Positions 16,771 through 26,851 of a stretch of 32,000 bases of DNA are shown piece after piece. The stretch comes from an uncultured Opitutales bacterium (GTDB taxonomy: Bacteria; Verrucomicrobiota; Verrucomicrobiia; Opitutales; Intestinicryptomonadaceae): contig CAKTSY010000001.1 in assembly GCA_934613415.1 (NCBI GenBank), positions 562,717-594,716 on the forward strand, written 5' to 3'. The notes beneath the pieces are model-generated. The model searched no databases. It worked only from the letters and a program-made list of their open reading frames with translations, and was not told where the DNA came from. The number at the start of each line of letters is the position of its first letter. Position 1 is the stretch's first letter. Both the position numbers and the translations under genes were made by a program.

Positions 16771-19209
16771 CTACTTTGTCTTTAGTTTTACAATCTTAGT
16801 CGGCAACCCACCGGCTTTAATTGTCAGTTTAATCGAGTCGTCGGCACTTTTGCCGGCGCGAAGTATTGCAACCGCCCTACCGCAATATAGCGAACGGGAA
16901 TTGCCAACAGCCAGTTCGTTGCTTGCCATATCTCCGTTGTCTACATCGATAAGCTTTGCGTTTCCTTCAAGCGAAAACGTTAGCTTGTTATCTGCAATCG
17001 GGTATAGGCGGCCAAACTTGTCTACCGCCGAAATTTTTACAATCTGTAAATCCATTCCGTCGGCCCTCCAATTTGCATTTACCAATTCTGCGGCAAGTTC
17101 GGCGGGGTCGTCGGCGCTTTCAAGGCTATGCTCGCCCACAACTTTGCCGTTTGTTTTTGCAACCGCTTTTAGCTCGCCTTGTTCAAACTTTACATTTTCC
17201 CATATAATTTTATTTCTTATACGAATATTAGAACGGTCGTTTTTACGCACACCCAGCGATTTGCCGTTTAAAAACAATTCGGCTTCGTCTGCATTTGTAT
17301 AGACAACCACATCGGCAAAACTGCCGTCTTTGCGGTTCCAATTTTCGTTTTCGGGCATAAGCCCTATGGTTTGCCCCGTAGGCGCAACATAGACACCGGT
17401 TTGTACATCGCGCTCGCAAACTCCGACATAAACAACCGGGGCTACTCCGTCTAAGAACGTGGCTTTCATCCAATATCCCTGCGGCTTTATGTTTAGGGCG
17501 GTATCTATATAGGCTTTGGTGCTCCAGCCCTTTTGCGGCCAACCGCCAGACTCGCCCCAATAGGCGATAACACCCCAATAGGCAGCTCCCGCTACCTTGC
17601 TATGGTTTAATTCGTAGAAATTTTCGGCCAAACCTCCCGTAGTCATTTCGCTTTGGTAAAAAATCATATTAGGATAGTTTTTGGAATCGTTTTCAAAAAA
17701 ACACCCCGTATAGTTTTGAGAAGAAACATCGGTGGCAAACGCAAGCTCTGCAGGCTTGGTAAGTTTCCATTGTTCTTTGCTTATGTGCCACGGGTCTAAC
17801 CCCTTTTCTCTGGCGGGGAATTGCCCCACTGTATAGGGGCGCGTATCGTCGAATTTTTTGGCATAATCCCGCTTTATTTTATACATTGTTACAGCGTAGT
17901 CTCCATACTTGTCTGTAGGGTTAGGATATGTTCCGTGTTGACAATCTAGTTCGTTGCCCAAGCTCCACATAATAACGCTTGGGTGGTTTCTGTCGCGCTT
18001 GATAAACTCGGAAAGCGCGTAAGGCCATACCTCGTCTTCGTGTTTTCTCCCGCCCAAATAGGCTTTGCTCCATTTATCGAAAACTTCGTTTACAACCAAA
18101 ATACCGTGCTTGTCGGCCAAAGCTACAAACGACTCACTATATGGATTGTGCGAAGTTCTTATATTGTTTACTCCAAGCGATTTTAAAAGCAAAATGCGCC
18201 TTTCTATTTCAGAATCGTAAACGGCGGCCCCAAGTGCCCCCAAATCGTGGTGAAAATTTGACCCCTTAAGCAAAACTTTTCTTCCGTTTAGCAAAAAGCC
18301 CTGTTGCGGGTTAAATTCTATGGTTCGCACGCCAAAGTTAGATTTTTTATAATCCAACACTTTGTCGGAATCAAGAACTTGCACGACGACCGAATAAAGC
18401 GTTGGCGAATCAATGTCCCAAAGCGAAGGATTTTTTATGTCAAAAAAAGCTTCGTCCGTTGCTGTCGAATTTGCGGCGACAACAACTGACTGTGTTTTCT
18501 CTGCAAGTTTTTCGCCTTTTGGAGAATACACCGTAGATTTCACATGTATTTTGCGTTCGGCGTTCAAAGTGTTTTCAATTTCCGTTTGAACTTTTACTTT
18601 TGCCGATTTTCTCGAAATTTGAGGCGTTGTAATATAAAGACCGTGTCGGGCAACGGAAATTGGCTCTTTTTGCAATAAGTATACATTTCTGTAAATTCCC
18701 CCGCCCGTGTACCAGCGCGATACATATTTCGGAGAAACCTCAGCAAAAACGGCAATTACATTTGGGTTGTTGTAATCTATGAAGTTTGAAATGTCTACCT
18801 GAAAACCGCTATATCCATATTCGTTCGACGCAACTTTATGTCCGTTAATATACACGTCGCAAACTTGCATTACCCCTTCAAAATCCACTATTACTCGCTT
18901 GTTTTTCCATTGCGGATTCGCAACAAAAGTTTTGCGATACCATGCCTGGCTGTAGGGTTTAAAACCTCTACCTTTATCCTCCGTTTTATTTTTAATTTGC
19001 TCTTTAGTAGGTTCTATAAAGGGCTGTTCAATTTGAAAATCATGGGGTAAATCAAGCAAACGCCATTTAGAATCGTCGCAATCTCTCAAATGTGCTTCGT
19101 CGTTTTTCCCATAATAGAATTTCCAATCAAAATTCCATAGTTGCCGCTGCGTTGCATTAACAAGCAACACAGCAAACAACATAAACACAAAAACAATCCT
19201 TCTCATCAT
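16771..19209 (-). CDS. Secreted glycoside hydrolase family 2 enzyme (beta-galactosidase/beta-glucuronidase-like)
   Basis: NHPSVIMWSLGNE acid/base motif, GH2 sugar-binding N-terminal region and a signal peptide MMRRIVFVFMLFAVLLVNA. Start chosen at the ATG at 19209, 7 nt after an AAGGAG Shine-Dalgarno (19217-19222). The track ORF starts 6 codons earlier. Confidence 0.85.
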   Translation of the reverse strand: MMRRIVFVFMLFAVLLVNATQRQLWNFDWKFYYGKNDEAHLRDCDDSKWRLLDLPHDFQIEQPFIEPTKEQIKNKTEDKGRGFKPYSQAWYRKTFVANPQWKNKRVIVDFEGVMQVCDVYINGHKVASNEYGYSGFQVDISNFIDYNNPNVIAVFAEVSPKYVSRWYTGGGIYRNVYLLQKEPISVARHGLYITTPQISRKSAKVKVQTEIENTLNAERKIHVKSTVYSPKGEKLAEKTQSVVVAANSTATDEAFFDIKNPSLWDIDSPTLYSVVVQVLDSDKVLDYKKSNFGVRTIEFNPQQGFLLNGRKVLLKGSNFHHDLGALGAAVYDSEIERRILLLKSLGVNNIRTSHNPYSESFVALADKHGILVVNEVFDKWSKAYLGGRKHEDEVWPYALSEFIKRDRNHPSVIMWSLGNELDCQHGTYPNPTDKYGDYAVTMYKIKRDYAKKFDDTRPYTVGQFPAREKGLDPWHISKEQWKLTKPAELAFATDVSSQNYTGCFFENDSKNYPNMIFYQSEMTTGGLAENFYELNHSKVAGAAYWGVIAYWGESGGWPQKGWSTKAYIDTALNIKPQGYWMKATFLDGVAPVVYVGVCERDVQTGVYVAPTGQTIGLMPENENWNRKDGSFADVVVYTNADEAELFLNGKSLGVRKNDRSNIRIRNKIIWENVKFEQGELKAVAKTNGKVVGEHSLESADDPAELAAELVNANWRADGMDLQIVKISAVDKFGRLYPIADNKLTFSLEGNAKLIDVDNGDMASNELAVGNSRSLYCGRAVAILRAGKSADDSIKLTIKAGGLPTKIVKLKTK

Positions 19210-19372
19210 ATACCATCTCCTTCTCATATATTATATCGAATAACTGTCAGCCTAGCCTATCAGATAAATCGTTTTTATATCAAGACTAAAATTCAAGAAA
19301 ACTAAATCAAAACAACCATTTTCGCATACATTTCTTTGACATTTTTATTGTTTTTCCCGTTTAACATGCAAC

Positions 19373-19411
19373 AAAAAACCCTTTCGAGAATTCCGAAAGG
19401 GTTTTGATTTT
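19373..19411 (-). terminator. Rho-independent terminator of clpB
   Basis: CCCTTTCG-agaattc-CGAAAGGG hairpin. On the minus strand it is followed by TTTTTTG. Confidence 0.75.
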
Positions 19412-19423
19412 TTAAAGAGCCTG

Positions 19424-21985
19424 TTATTCTTTTACTTCGTACACGCCGTCTTTTGGAAGCGTGCCCGATATAATCGCCCTTGCCAGCGGGTTTTCTATCT
19501 TTTCTACAATCATTCTCTTTAAGGGACGCGCGCCGAAAGTCGGGTCGTAGGCGGTTGTAGCCATATTGTCCAAAGCCTTTTTCGAAAGCTTTACATACAC
19601 GCCCTGCTTTTCCAAACGCTTGTTTAGGTTTGCAACTTGAAGTTGGACAATTTGCTTTACCTGGTCGAGCGTTAGCGCGTTAAAGATTATAATGTCGTCT
19701 ATTCTATTCAAGAACTCGGGCTTAAAGTGCGCTCTTAAGTCGGCGTTAATGGCGTTCTTTGCGCTTTCGGGAAGGTTGCCGTCTTTGTCGGCAACGGCGT
19801 CTAAAATGTACGAAGAACCCACATTCGAGGTCATTATAATAACCGTGTTTTTAAAGTCTACCTTGCGACCCTGACCGTCGGTAAGAATACCGTCGTCCAT
19901 AATCTGCAAGAGGGTATTTAAAACTTCGGGGTGCGCCTTTTCGATTTCGTCGAAGAGAACTACCGAGTAGGGTCTGCGCCTTACGGCCTCGGTAAGCTGG
20001 CCGCCCTGTTCGTAGCCAACATAGCCCGGAGGCGAACCTATAAGTCTGGAAACCGAGTGCTTTTCCATATATTCCGACATATCTATACGCACCATATTGT
20101 CTTCCTTGTCGAACAAGTTTGCGCTTAGCGCCTTTGCCAATTCGGTTTTGCCTACACCCGTGGGCCCCAAGAACATAAACACGCCTATGGGTCTTTTCGG
20201 GTCTTTTATGCCCGCCCTGCTTCTTAGGATTGCATTGGCAACGCTTTCTACAGCCTTGTCTTGGCCTATTACCCTCTTATGAAGGGCGTCGGGCAGGTGC
20301 AAGATCTTGTCCTTTTCGCTTTGTACAAGCTTCTTTACGGGTATGCCCGTCCATTCGGAAACAACGTCGGCTATTTCGGAAGGGCCTACAATTTCCCTTA
20401 CCATTGCGTTTTCGCCTTTGGTTTTCGAAATTGCCTTGTCTAATTGAGCCTGCAATTTGGGCAGAACGCCGTATTTAATTTCGGCAGCCTGATTGAGATT
20501 ATACTCCCTTTCGGCATGCTCCATCTTGATTTTGGCCTCCTCTATTTGCGCCCTTAGCTTGTTTGCCAAAGCCGACTGCTGCTTTTCGTCTTCCCACTTG
20601 CTGCGCAATACCGCCGACTGATTCTTTAAATCGGCAAGCTCTTTGCGGACTTCGGCTAGGCGTTTGTCGTCGCTCTTTTCCTTTACAAGGGCTGCCTCTT
20701 CTATCTGCAACTGCATTTGCTTGCGCATAATGTTGTCGAGCTCTACGGGAACGGAATCCATTTGGGTTCTTATTCTTGCGCACGCTTCGTCTATAAGGTC
20801 TATCGCCTTGTCGGGAAGCTGCCTGCCCGTTATGTACCTGTCGGAAAGCGTTGCGGCCTCTACCAAAGCCCTGTCTTGAATTTCAACGCCGTGGTGGGTT
20901 TCGAAACGCTGCTTTAAGCCCCTTAATATTGCAATGGAATCTTCAACCGAAGGTTCTGCAACATATACGGGTTGGAAACGCCTTTCCAAAGCCGCGTCTT
21001 TTTCGATGTTTTCCCTATATTCGTTAAGGGTTGTTGCTCCTATACAACGCAACTCGCCTCGGGCAAGCATTGGCTTAAGCATATTGCTGGCGTCTAGCGA
21101 ACCGTCGGTTTTGCCCGCGCCTACAATTGTATGCAATTCGTCTATAAAAAGAATTATCTTGCCGTCCGACTCCTTAACTTTGTTAAGAACGGCCTTTAGC
21201 CTTTCCTCAAACTCGCCTCTATATTTTGCGCCCGCTATAAGCGATCCCATATCCAAAGCGAAAATCGTTTTGTCTTTCAAACCTTCGGGAACGTCTTTGC
21301 GGACAATCCTTTGCGCCAAACCTTCGGCTATTGCGGTTTTACCTACACCCGGCTCGCCTATAAGAACGGGGTTGTTCTTTGTCTTTCTCGACAAAATCCT
21401 TATAACCCTTCTTATTTCCTCGTCTCTGCCAATTACGGGGTCTAGCTTGCCTTTGCGGGCAAGTTCTACAAGGTTAGAACCGTATTTTGCCAAAACTTCG
21501 TACGAAGCTTCGGGGGTTTTGCTGTCGATATTTTTGCTCGAACGCATTGTAGATAACACCGTTTTTACCTCGCTTGTGGAAATTTGAAGCGAGGCAACCA
21601 TATCGGCAAAGTCGCTGGGTTCGGGCTTTTCGAGAATTGCCAAAAACAAATGCTCGGTAGAAACAAAAGCGTCGCCCATATTTTTGGAGATTTCCAACGC
21701 GCGCGAAAGCGTGGCCGAAAACGCCGCGCTGGGATATAGCTCGGCACTGGCTCCATTAACTTTGGGTTGCGCTTGCAAATAACGCTGTAAAGAAAGTCTT
21801 AAGACCTCTTTTTTGGAGCTCATTTTTTCGAGAATGGCGGGAACAATGCCGCCTTCCTGATTGGCGAGAGCCTCCAACAAATGCGCCTGTTCAAGCTGCG
21901 ATGCATTGTAGCGCCTTGCAACTTGCGAGGCCTCGTTTATGGCCTCTATAGATTTTTCTGTAAAATTGTCGGGATTTATATTCAT
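19424..21985 (-). CDS. clpB: ATP-dependent chaperone/disaggregase ClpB
   Basis: 853 aa. Two AAA+ modules (GEPGVGKTA and GPTGVGKTE Walker A motifs), a long coiled-coil middle domain and a Clp N-domain. Confidence 0.97.
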   Translation of the reverse strand: MNINPDNFTEKSIEAINEASQVARRYNASQLEQAHLLEALANQEGGIVPAILEKMSSKKEVLRLSLQRYLQAQPKVNGASAELYPSAAFSATLSRALEISKNMGDAFVSTEHLFLAILEKPEPSDFADMVASLQISTSEVKTVLSTMRSSKNIDSKTPEASYEVLAKYGSNLVELARKGKLDPVIGRDEEIRRVIRILSRKTKNNPVLIGEPGVGKTAIAEGLAQRIVRKDVPEGLKDKTIFALDMGSLIAGAKYRGEFEERLKAVLNKVKESDGKIILFIDELHTIVGAGKTDGSLDASNMLKPMLARGELRCIGATTLNEYRENIEKDAALERRFQPVYVAEPSVEDSIAILRGLKQRFETHHGVEIQDRALVEAATLSDRYITGRQLPDKAIDLIDEACARIRTQMDSVPVELDNIMRKQMQLQIEEAALVKEKSDDKRLAEVRKELADLKNQSAVLRSKWEDEKQQSALANKLRAQIEEAKIKMEHAEREYNLNQAAEIKYGVLPKLQAQLDKAISKTKGENAMVREIVGPSEIADVVSEWTGIPVKKLVQSEKDKILHLPDALHKRVIGQDKAVESVANAILRSRAGIKDPKRPIGVFMFLGPTGVGKTELAKALSANLFDKEDNMVRIDMSEYMEKHSVSRLIGSPPGYVGYEQGGQLTEAVRRRPYSVVLFDEIEKAHPEVLNTLLQIMDDGILTDGQGRKVDFKNTVIIMTSNVGSSYILDAVADKDGNLPESAKNAINADLRAHFKPEFLNRIDDIIIFNALTLDQVKQIVQLQVANLNKRLEKQGVYVKLSKKALDNMATTAYDPTFGARPLKRMIVEKIENPLARAIISGTLPKDGVYEVKE

Positions 21986-21997
21986 ACCTTATTCCTT

Positions 21998-22013
21998 AGC
22001 AAATAGCGTGCCA
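21998..22013 (-). promoter_or_regulatory. Sigma-54 (-24/-12) consensus-like element immediately upstream of clpB
   Basis: The minus strand reads TGGCACG-CTAT-TTGCT, an exact fit to the TGGCACG-N4-TTGCW core. It ends only 12 nt before the clpB ATG, so function is doubtful (see findings). Confidence 0.3.
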
Positions 22014-22112
22014 AACCTATCTACAAGTATCGGACAAGAACCCCGCGCCATAATGGCCAATTTATAGAGACATTTTGTACCCCGTGCGACAAAATGTTTC
22101 GAATTTAAAGCC

Positions 22113-22688
22113 CTACTCGGAAATTGCGGCTATAATAGAGTCTATATCGGCAAGTCTGCCAACGCCCTCTTTGCCGCAGGCAAGCATACCGCTTTGGGGA
22201 GCTATAAAGTTTACGCCCCACTCTTTAAGCGTTTTTATATTTTTTTGAACCGCAGGCGAATTATACATATTGCAGTTCATTGCCAACGCCACATATTTTT
22301 TTGCGTTCGACGCCATAAAACAGGTAGAAAGAAAATCGGGAGCCAAGCCGTTTGCAAAATTGCCCAATGTGTTTGCCGAACACGGAGCTACCAAAAATAT
22401 TTGCGCAAAATCGGCAAGGGCAACGTGCTCTACTTCCCACTGCCCCTGATTTTCCCACATAGAAACATACACTTTGTTTTTTGAAAGAGTTTGGAATATA
22501 AGCGGGTTTACAAGCTTGGCGGCGTTTTCGGTCATTACAACTTTAACGCAGGCTCCCGCCTTTACCAATTTAGAGGTTAAATCGGCTGCCTTGTATACGG
22601 CAATAGAGCTGCATACCCCCAACAAAATGTGCTTGTCTTTTAGCGGATTCACGCAGAATATAATTTTACTGAAATTTTGAATAATCAA
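22113..22688 (-). CDS. coaC: Stand-alone flavoprotein of the phosphopantothenoylcysteine decarboxylase (CoaC/HFCD) family
   Basis: HILLGVCSSIAVYKA and PCSANTLGNFANGLAPDFL motifs. No CoaB (synthetase) domain is attached. The track start is TTG at 22688; the alternative GTG at 22652 fits the usual N-terminal length better. Confidence 0.7.
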   Translation of the reverse strand: MIIQNFSKIIFCVNPLKDKHILLGVCSSIAVYKAADLTSKLVKAGACVKVVMTENAAKLVNPLIFQTLSKNKVYVSMWENQGQWEVEHVALADFAQIFLVAPCSANTLGNFANGLAPDFLSTCFMASNAKKYVALAMNCNMYNSPAVQKNIKTLKEWGVNFIAPQSGMLACGKEGVGRLADIDSIIAAISE

Positions 22689-22700
22689 GCAAAAATTTAT

Positions 22701-23444
22701 ATGTCGGGAATAAGAGCATACGCCGAAAATTTAGAGGGCAACACAATTCGTCTAAACCAGTTTGAAAGCCGCCACCTTATTGCCGCAAGGCGCGCGCGCT
22801 GCGGCGACAGTGTGTCGGTTTTCGACTTGTCGGGCAACGCGTATCTATGCAAAATAGTTTCGGCAAACCCCAAAAAGACCGAGCTTGAAAAGGTAGAAAA
22901 GCTGCAGGTTTTAAGAAATCCCTTTACGGTTGCGCTTGGGCAGGCAATACCCAAAGGCAAAACTTTCGACGACATCTTAAGGCAAAGCATAGAGTCAGGC
23001 ATAGATGCGCTGTTTCCCATTTTGTCGGAAAATTGCGAGGTAAAAATATCTCCCGAAAACGCGCAAGACAAACGGCAAAAGTGGCTAGCGCAAATTGTCG
23101 AAGCCATAAAACAGTCGTCTAATATGGCAAAGTTCGACTTGCATGACCCCGCTCCTTTAAACGCTTTTTTTGAATATTCTAAAGATTTTGACGTAAAAAT
23201 CATCGCCAGCTTAGAAAGCGTTGCAAAGCCGATTTTAAATGTCCTAAAAGAATCGGTAAAAAGCAATGAGGCAAAAATTGCAATTTTAGTTGGCCCCGAG
23301 GGCGACTTTTCGCTCAGCGAATATAAGGCCGCCTACGAACACGGGTTTTTGCCCGTAAAAATAGGCAATCAGGTTATGAAAGCCGAAACTGCCGCCTTGG
23401 CAGTATCTAGCTTTTGCGAAAATTATATGCTTGCAATGCAATAA
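22701..23444 (+). CDS. rsmE: 16S rRNA (uracil1498-N3)-methyltransferase RsmE
   Basis: Start taken at the ATG at 22701 (247 aa). ESRHLI..RRAR.GD N-terminal PUA-like motif and LVGPEGDFS SPOUT motif. Confidence 0.85.
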   Translation: MSGIRAYAENLEGNTIRLNQFESRHLIAARRARCGDSVSVFDLSGNAYLCKIVSANPKKTELEKVEKLQVLRNPFTVALGQAIPKGKTFDDILRQSIESGIDALFPILSENCEVKISPENAQDKRQKWLAQIVEAIKQSSNMAKFDLHDPAPLNAFFEYSKDFDVKIIASLESVAKPILNVLKESVKSNEAKIAILVGPEGDFSLSEYKAAYEHGFLPVKIGNQVMKAETAALAVSSFCENYMLAMQ

Positions 23445-23521
23445 GTTAAAATTTTTAAAACAAACAACACCAGTCAAAAAAATTTCCGCATAACCAAAAA
23501 AATCGGGGTTTATTCTACAAC

Positions 23522-23560
23522 AAAAAAGCTTCGAAGCGCATAAAACTTCGAAGCTTTTTT
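23522..23560. terminator. Bidirectional terminator between convergent rsmE and aspS
   Basis: AAAAAAGCTTCGAAG-cgcataaaa-CTTCGAAGCTTTTTT. Confidence 0.8.
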
Positions 23561-23580
23561 GTTTTTTTATTGGCGTTTTG

Positions 23581-25365
23581 CTATTCGGCAGAATCAACCG
23601 AAATGTGCAATTCTTTAAGCTGCTTTTCGGTTGCATAGCTGGGGCTTTGCGCCATAAGGTCTTGCCCTTTTTGTGTTTTGGGGAATGCAATAACGTCTCT
23701 AATGCTCTGACGGCCGCAAAGCATTGCAACCATTCTGTCGAGACCTAAGGCAACGCCGCCGTGCGGGGGCGCGCCGTATTTAAAGGCCTTAAGCATATAG
23801 CCGAAACGGCTTTTAACGGTTTCCGGCGGAATTTTAAGCACGTCTTCAAACACCTTCTTTTGCAAGTCGGGATTGTGAATACGAATTGAACCGCCGCCAA
23901 GTTCTACGCCGTTAAGCACAATGTCGTAGTGCTGGCCGCGAACGCGCTTCGGGTCGGTATCCAAATACTTTATGTCTTCCTCTACGGGAGCTGTAAATGG
24001 GTGGTGCGCCGAAACGTATCTGCCCTGCTCTTCGTCGAACAACATAAGCGGGAATTCTATTACCCACAAGAAATTGTATTTGTTTTGGGGGATTTCCAAC
24101 TTGCCGCGCTTTTGCAAAAGCTTTGCGCTTTCAAGCCTAATTCTGCCCATAATGGTGCAGGCTCTTTCCCATTCGCAAGCCGCAAAGAAAACCAAGTCGC
24201 CGTCTTCTATGTTAAGAATGCGTTTTAGGTCGTCTTGTTCCTGTTGCGAGAGGAATTTCAAAATGGGGCTTTTCCATGCACCATTTTCGCTCTTTATATA
24301 AGCCAAGCCCTTTGCACCCAAAGTTTTGGCAATGTCTTCAAGCGATTTAATTTCGCCCTGAGTAATGTCGGACAAGCCTTTTGCGTTAAACGCCTTAATT
24401 GCGCCGCCGCTTTTTACCACCGAAGAAAATACCTTGAACTGGCTGTCTTTAAATACGTCGGTCAATTCCTGAATTTCCAAGCCAAAACGCGTGTCGGGCT
24501 TGTCTATGCCGTATTTGTTCATTGCGTCGAAATACGAAATTCTGGGGAAAGGCGTGGGAATGTCCATATCCAAAACGTCTTTCCAAACCTTCTTTAGCAT
24601 ACCTTCAATAAGGGCATACATATCTTCGCGTTCAACGAACGACAATTCTATATCTACCTGAGTAAATTCAAGCTGGCGGTCGGCGCGCAAATCTTCGTCT
24701 CTAAAGCAGCGTGCCAACTGGTAGTAGCGTTCAACACCCGCAACCATAAGCATTTGTTTATACTGCTGGGGCGACTGGCTTAGCGCATAGAACTGCCCTG
24801 GATTTACGCGACTGGGAACTAAAAATTCTCTTGCGCCTTCGGGCGTGCTCTTGAACAAAGCGGGAGTTTCAACTTCAATAAATTCCTGGCTGTCGAGATA
24901 GTCGCGTATAGCCTTTGTTGCCTTGTGCCTTTTCTGCAAAAAGCCCAAATTGCGCGGTCTTCTAATGTCTAAATAGCGGTATTGCAAACGCAAGTCTTCG
25001 TTTACTTTGTCTGCCTGTTCGTCTCCCATCGGGAAAGGCAAAACTTCGCAAACGTTGTGTATTATAAGCTCTTTTGCGTCTACTTCTATTTCGCCCGTTG
25101 CCATATTGTGGTTAACGGTGTCGGCGTCGCGCTTGCACACAGTGCCCGAAATTTGAATTACGCTTTCGTCTTTCAACTTTTGCGCCTGCTTGTAAATTTC
25201 GTCGTTATCGGGGTGGAAAACAATCTGGATAATGCCCGAGCGGTCGCGCAAGTCTACAAACAAAACGCCGCCGTGGTCTCTTACGGTGTCTACCCAACCT
25301 ATTAGCTTCACCGACTTTCCTTCGTCGGCAAGTCTCAATTCATTGCATTTATGCGTTCTTTTCAT
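23581..25365 (-). CDS. aspS: Aspartate--tRNA ligase (bacterial type, possibly non-discriminating)
   Basis: 594 aa. Class II motif 2 (FRDEDLRADRQLEFTQ) and motif 3 (GGVALGLDRMVAML), and an OB-fold N-terminus. Confidence 0.96.
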   Translation of the reverse strand: MKRTHKCNELRLADEGKSVKLIGWVDTVRDHGGVLFVDLRDRSGIIQIVFHPDNDEIYKQAQKLKDESVIQISGTVCKRDADTVNHNMATGEIEVDAKELIIHNVCEVLPFPMGDEQADKVNEDLRLQYRYLDIRRPRNLGFLQKRHKATKAIRDYLDSQEFIEVETPALFKSTPEGAREFLVPSRVNPGQFYALSQSPQQYKQMLMVAGVERYYQLARCFRDEDLRADRQLEFTQVDIELSFVEREDMYALIEGMLKKVWKDVLDMDIPTPFPRISYFDAMNKYGIDKPDTRFGLEIQELTDVFKDSQFKVFSSVVKSGGAIKAFNAKGLSDITQGEIKSLEDIAKTLGAKGLAYIKSENGAWKSPILKFLSQQEQDDLKRILNIEDGDLVFFAACEWERACTIMGRIRLESAKLLQKRGKLEIPQNKYNFLWVIEFPLMLFDEEQGRYVSAHHPFTAPVEEDIKYLDTDPKRVRGQHYDIVLNGVELGGGSIRIHNPDLQKKVFEDVLKIPPETVKSRFGYMLKAFKYGAPPHGGVALGLDRMVAMLCGRQSIRDVIAFPKTQKGQDLMAQSPSYATEKQLKELHISVDSAE

Positions 25366-25393
25366 CTTAACTTATATAAAATTGTTTATATAT

Positions 25394-25428
25394 AAAAAAT
25401 CCGCAGGCCGCCTTGTTCGGGGCGGCCT
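25394..25428 (-). terminator. Terminator downstream of pfp
   Basis: AGGCCGCC-ttgttcgg-GGCGGCCT hairpin. A T-run follows on the minus strand after 5 nt. Confidence 0.6.
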
Positions 25429-25440
25429 TGGGTTAAAGGG

Positions 25441-26706
25441 CTATTCTCCGAAGTTGTAGGAGGGCAATTTAGGCTCTACCATAACTTTCGAAAGCTTTAC
25501 AAAATTCGGCAAGCCGTTCTCGTAGGGAACTTGAACTTCGCCCTGAATGAGGGGCAAAATGTACTTGTTGAATTTGTACGAAATCGACATTTTGTCTTCG
25601 CCGAGCCAAAGTTCGGGGAACTTCTTTTCAACATTGGCAACGTCGGAAAGGGGAATCATTGTTGTCGAGCACGAATACTTTTCGGTGTCGCCGCGAACCA
25701 ACGCAACCATAAGGCCGCTTTGACCTTCAACCGCCGCCTTAACGGCTTCCTGACCGCAAAGGAAAGCTTCGTTCGAATCTGTCAACGACGAAACCGTAGA
25801 AGCCGCCCTTTGAATGTGTCCAAGCTTCGACGAGCGAGCCTTTACGCCCGGCAAAGAGGAGGAAACCAAGTTTTCGAGATATTCGCCAACGCCGCCCAAC
25901 TGCGAGTGGCCAAAAGCGTCTGTCGAAGTGCTTGCCGCAACATAGTTGCCGTTTTCGTCTTTTAAGCCTTCGCTTACTGCAACCAAGCAGAATTTGTTTT
26001 CTTTAAGAACTTCCTGAACGCGGGCGATAAAGCTTTCGGCGTTAAAGGCAACTTCTGGCAAAAGAACAATATGGGGAGCGTCTTCGGGGTGGTTCTTGCG
26101 TTTTGCAATGGCTGCCCCTGCGGTTATCCAACCGGCGTTTCTGCCCATAAGCTCTACAATAGAAACCAAGTCGTGGTTGCCCATGGCTTCGTGATCGCAC
26201 GAAAGTTCGCGGATTGTAGAAGCAATGTACTTTACAACGCTGCCGTAGCCGGGGCAGTGGTCGGTAACGGGCAAGTCGTTATCTATAGTTTTAGGAATGC
26301 CTATTACGCGCATTTTGTGGCCGAACTTTTCGGCTGCAATCGACATCTTGTTGGCGGTGTCTTGCGAGTCGTTACCGCCAATGTAGAAAAAGTAGCGAAT
26401 GTTGTGGGCTATGCAAACTTCTATAACTCTGGCATAGTCTTGTTCCTTCTTAAGCTTAAAGCGGCAAGTGCCCAAAGCCGCCCCGGGGGTATGGCGCAAG
26501 CCCCTTATGTTTTGCTGGCTTTCGGCGGCCAAGTCTATAAGCTGTTCGTTCATTATGCCGGCTATGCCGTTAAGACCGCCGTAGATTTCTTCTATGCATT
26601 CGTGATTAAGAGCTTCGGTTATAACGCCCGCCAAGCTGGCGTTTATTACTGCAGTCGGCCCGCCCGATTGCGCAACCAACACGTTTCCTATAAGTTCTTC
26701 TGCCAT
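25441..26706 (-). CDS. pfp: Pyrophosphate-dependent 6-phosphofructokinase (PPi-PFK)
   Basis: Start at the ATG at 26706 (421 aa; MAEELIGNVLVAQSGGPTAVINA), preceded by an AAGGAAAG Shine-Dalgarno. It has IGGNDS (Asp at the E. coli Gly104 position) and PKTIDND (Lys at the Gly124 position), the residue pair associated with PPi rather than ATP use. The track ORF to 27165 is a spurious extension. Confidence 0.85.
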   Translation of the reverse strand: MAEELIGNVLVAQSGGPTAVINASLAGVITEALNHECIEEIYGGLNGIAGIMNEQLIDLAAESQQNIRGLRHTPGAALGTCRFKLKKEQDYARVIEVCIAHNIRYFFYIGGNDSQDTANKMSIAAEKFGHKMRVIGIPKTIDNDLPVTDHCPGYGSVVKYIASTIRELSCDHEAMGNHDLVSIVELMGRNAGWITAGAAIAKRKNHPEDAPHIVLLPEVAFNAESFIARVQEVLKENKFCLVAVSEGLKDENGNYVAASTSTDAFGHSQLGGVGEYLENLVSSSLPGVKARSSKLGHIQRAASTVSSLTDSNEAFLCGQEAVKAAVEGQSGLMVALVRGDTEKYSCSTTMIPLSDVANVEKKFPELWLGEDKMSISYKFNKYILPLIQGEVQVPYENGLPNFVKLSKVMVEPKLPSYNFGE

Positions 26707-26746
26707 AAATTTAGTCTTTCCTTTATATTTAAAAATTGATTCCAGT

Positions 26747-26771
26747 TTGCCAAAAATACGCCGTTTGGCAA
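26747..26771. promoter_or_regulatory. Dyad-symmetric candidate operator in the pfp/ppgK divergent intergenic region
   Basis: TTGCCAAA-N9-TTTGGCAA: perfect 8-bp inverted arms. Confidence 0.3.
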
Positions 26772-26851
26772 CACTAATATTATCAATTTTACGCCTTTTT
26801 TTTGTTGAGAATGCCGACGATAAATGGAATAATGCATTAAACATAAAAATT

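Noticed and set aside
16771-19423. The GH2 gene as a horizontally acquired single-gene insert (it is flanked by terminators and has patches of low GC).
   Set aside because: Spot GC counts inside the gene were mixed (21/60 at 18541-18600, 31/60 at 17401-17460). There are no flanking repeats or mobility genes, so the evidence is insufficient.
21986-22112. CIRCE (TTAGCACTC-N9-GAGTGCTAA) or a sigma-32 promoter (CTTGAAA...CCCCAT) upstream of clpB.
   Set aside because: TTAGCAAATAGCGTGCC resembles only the first 6 nt of CIRCE and has no inverted partner. No CTTGAAA/CCCCAT pair is present.
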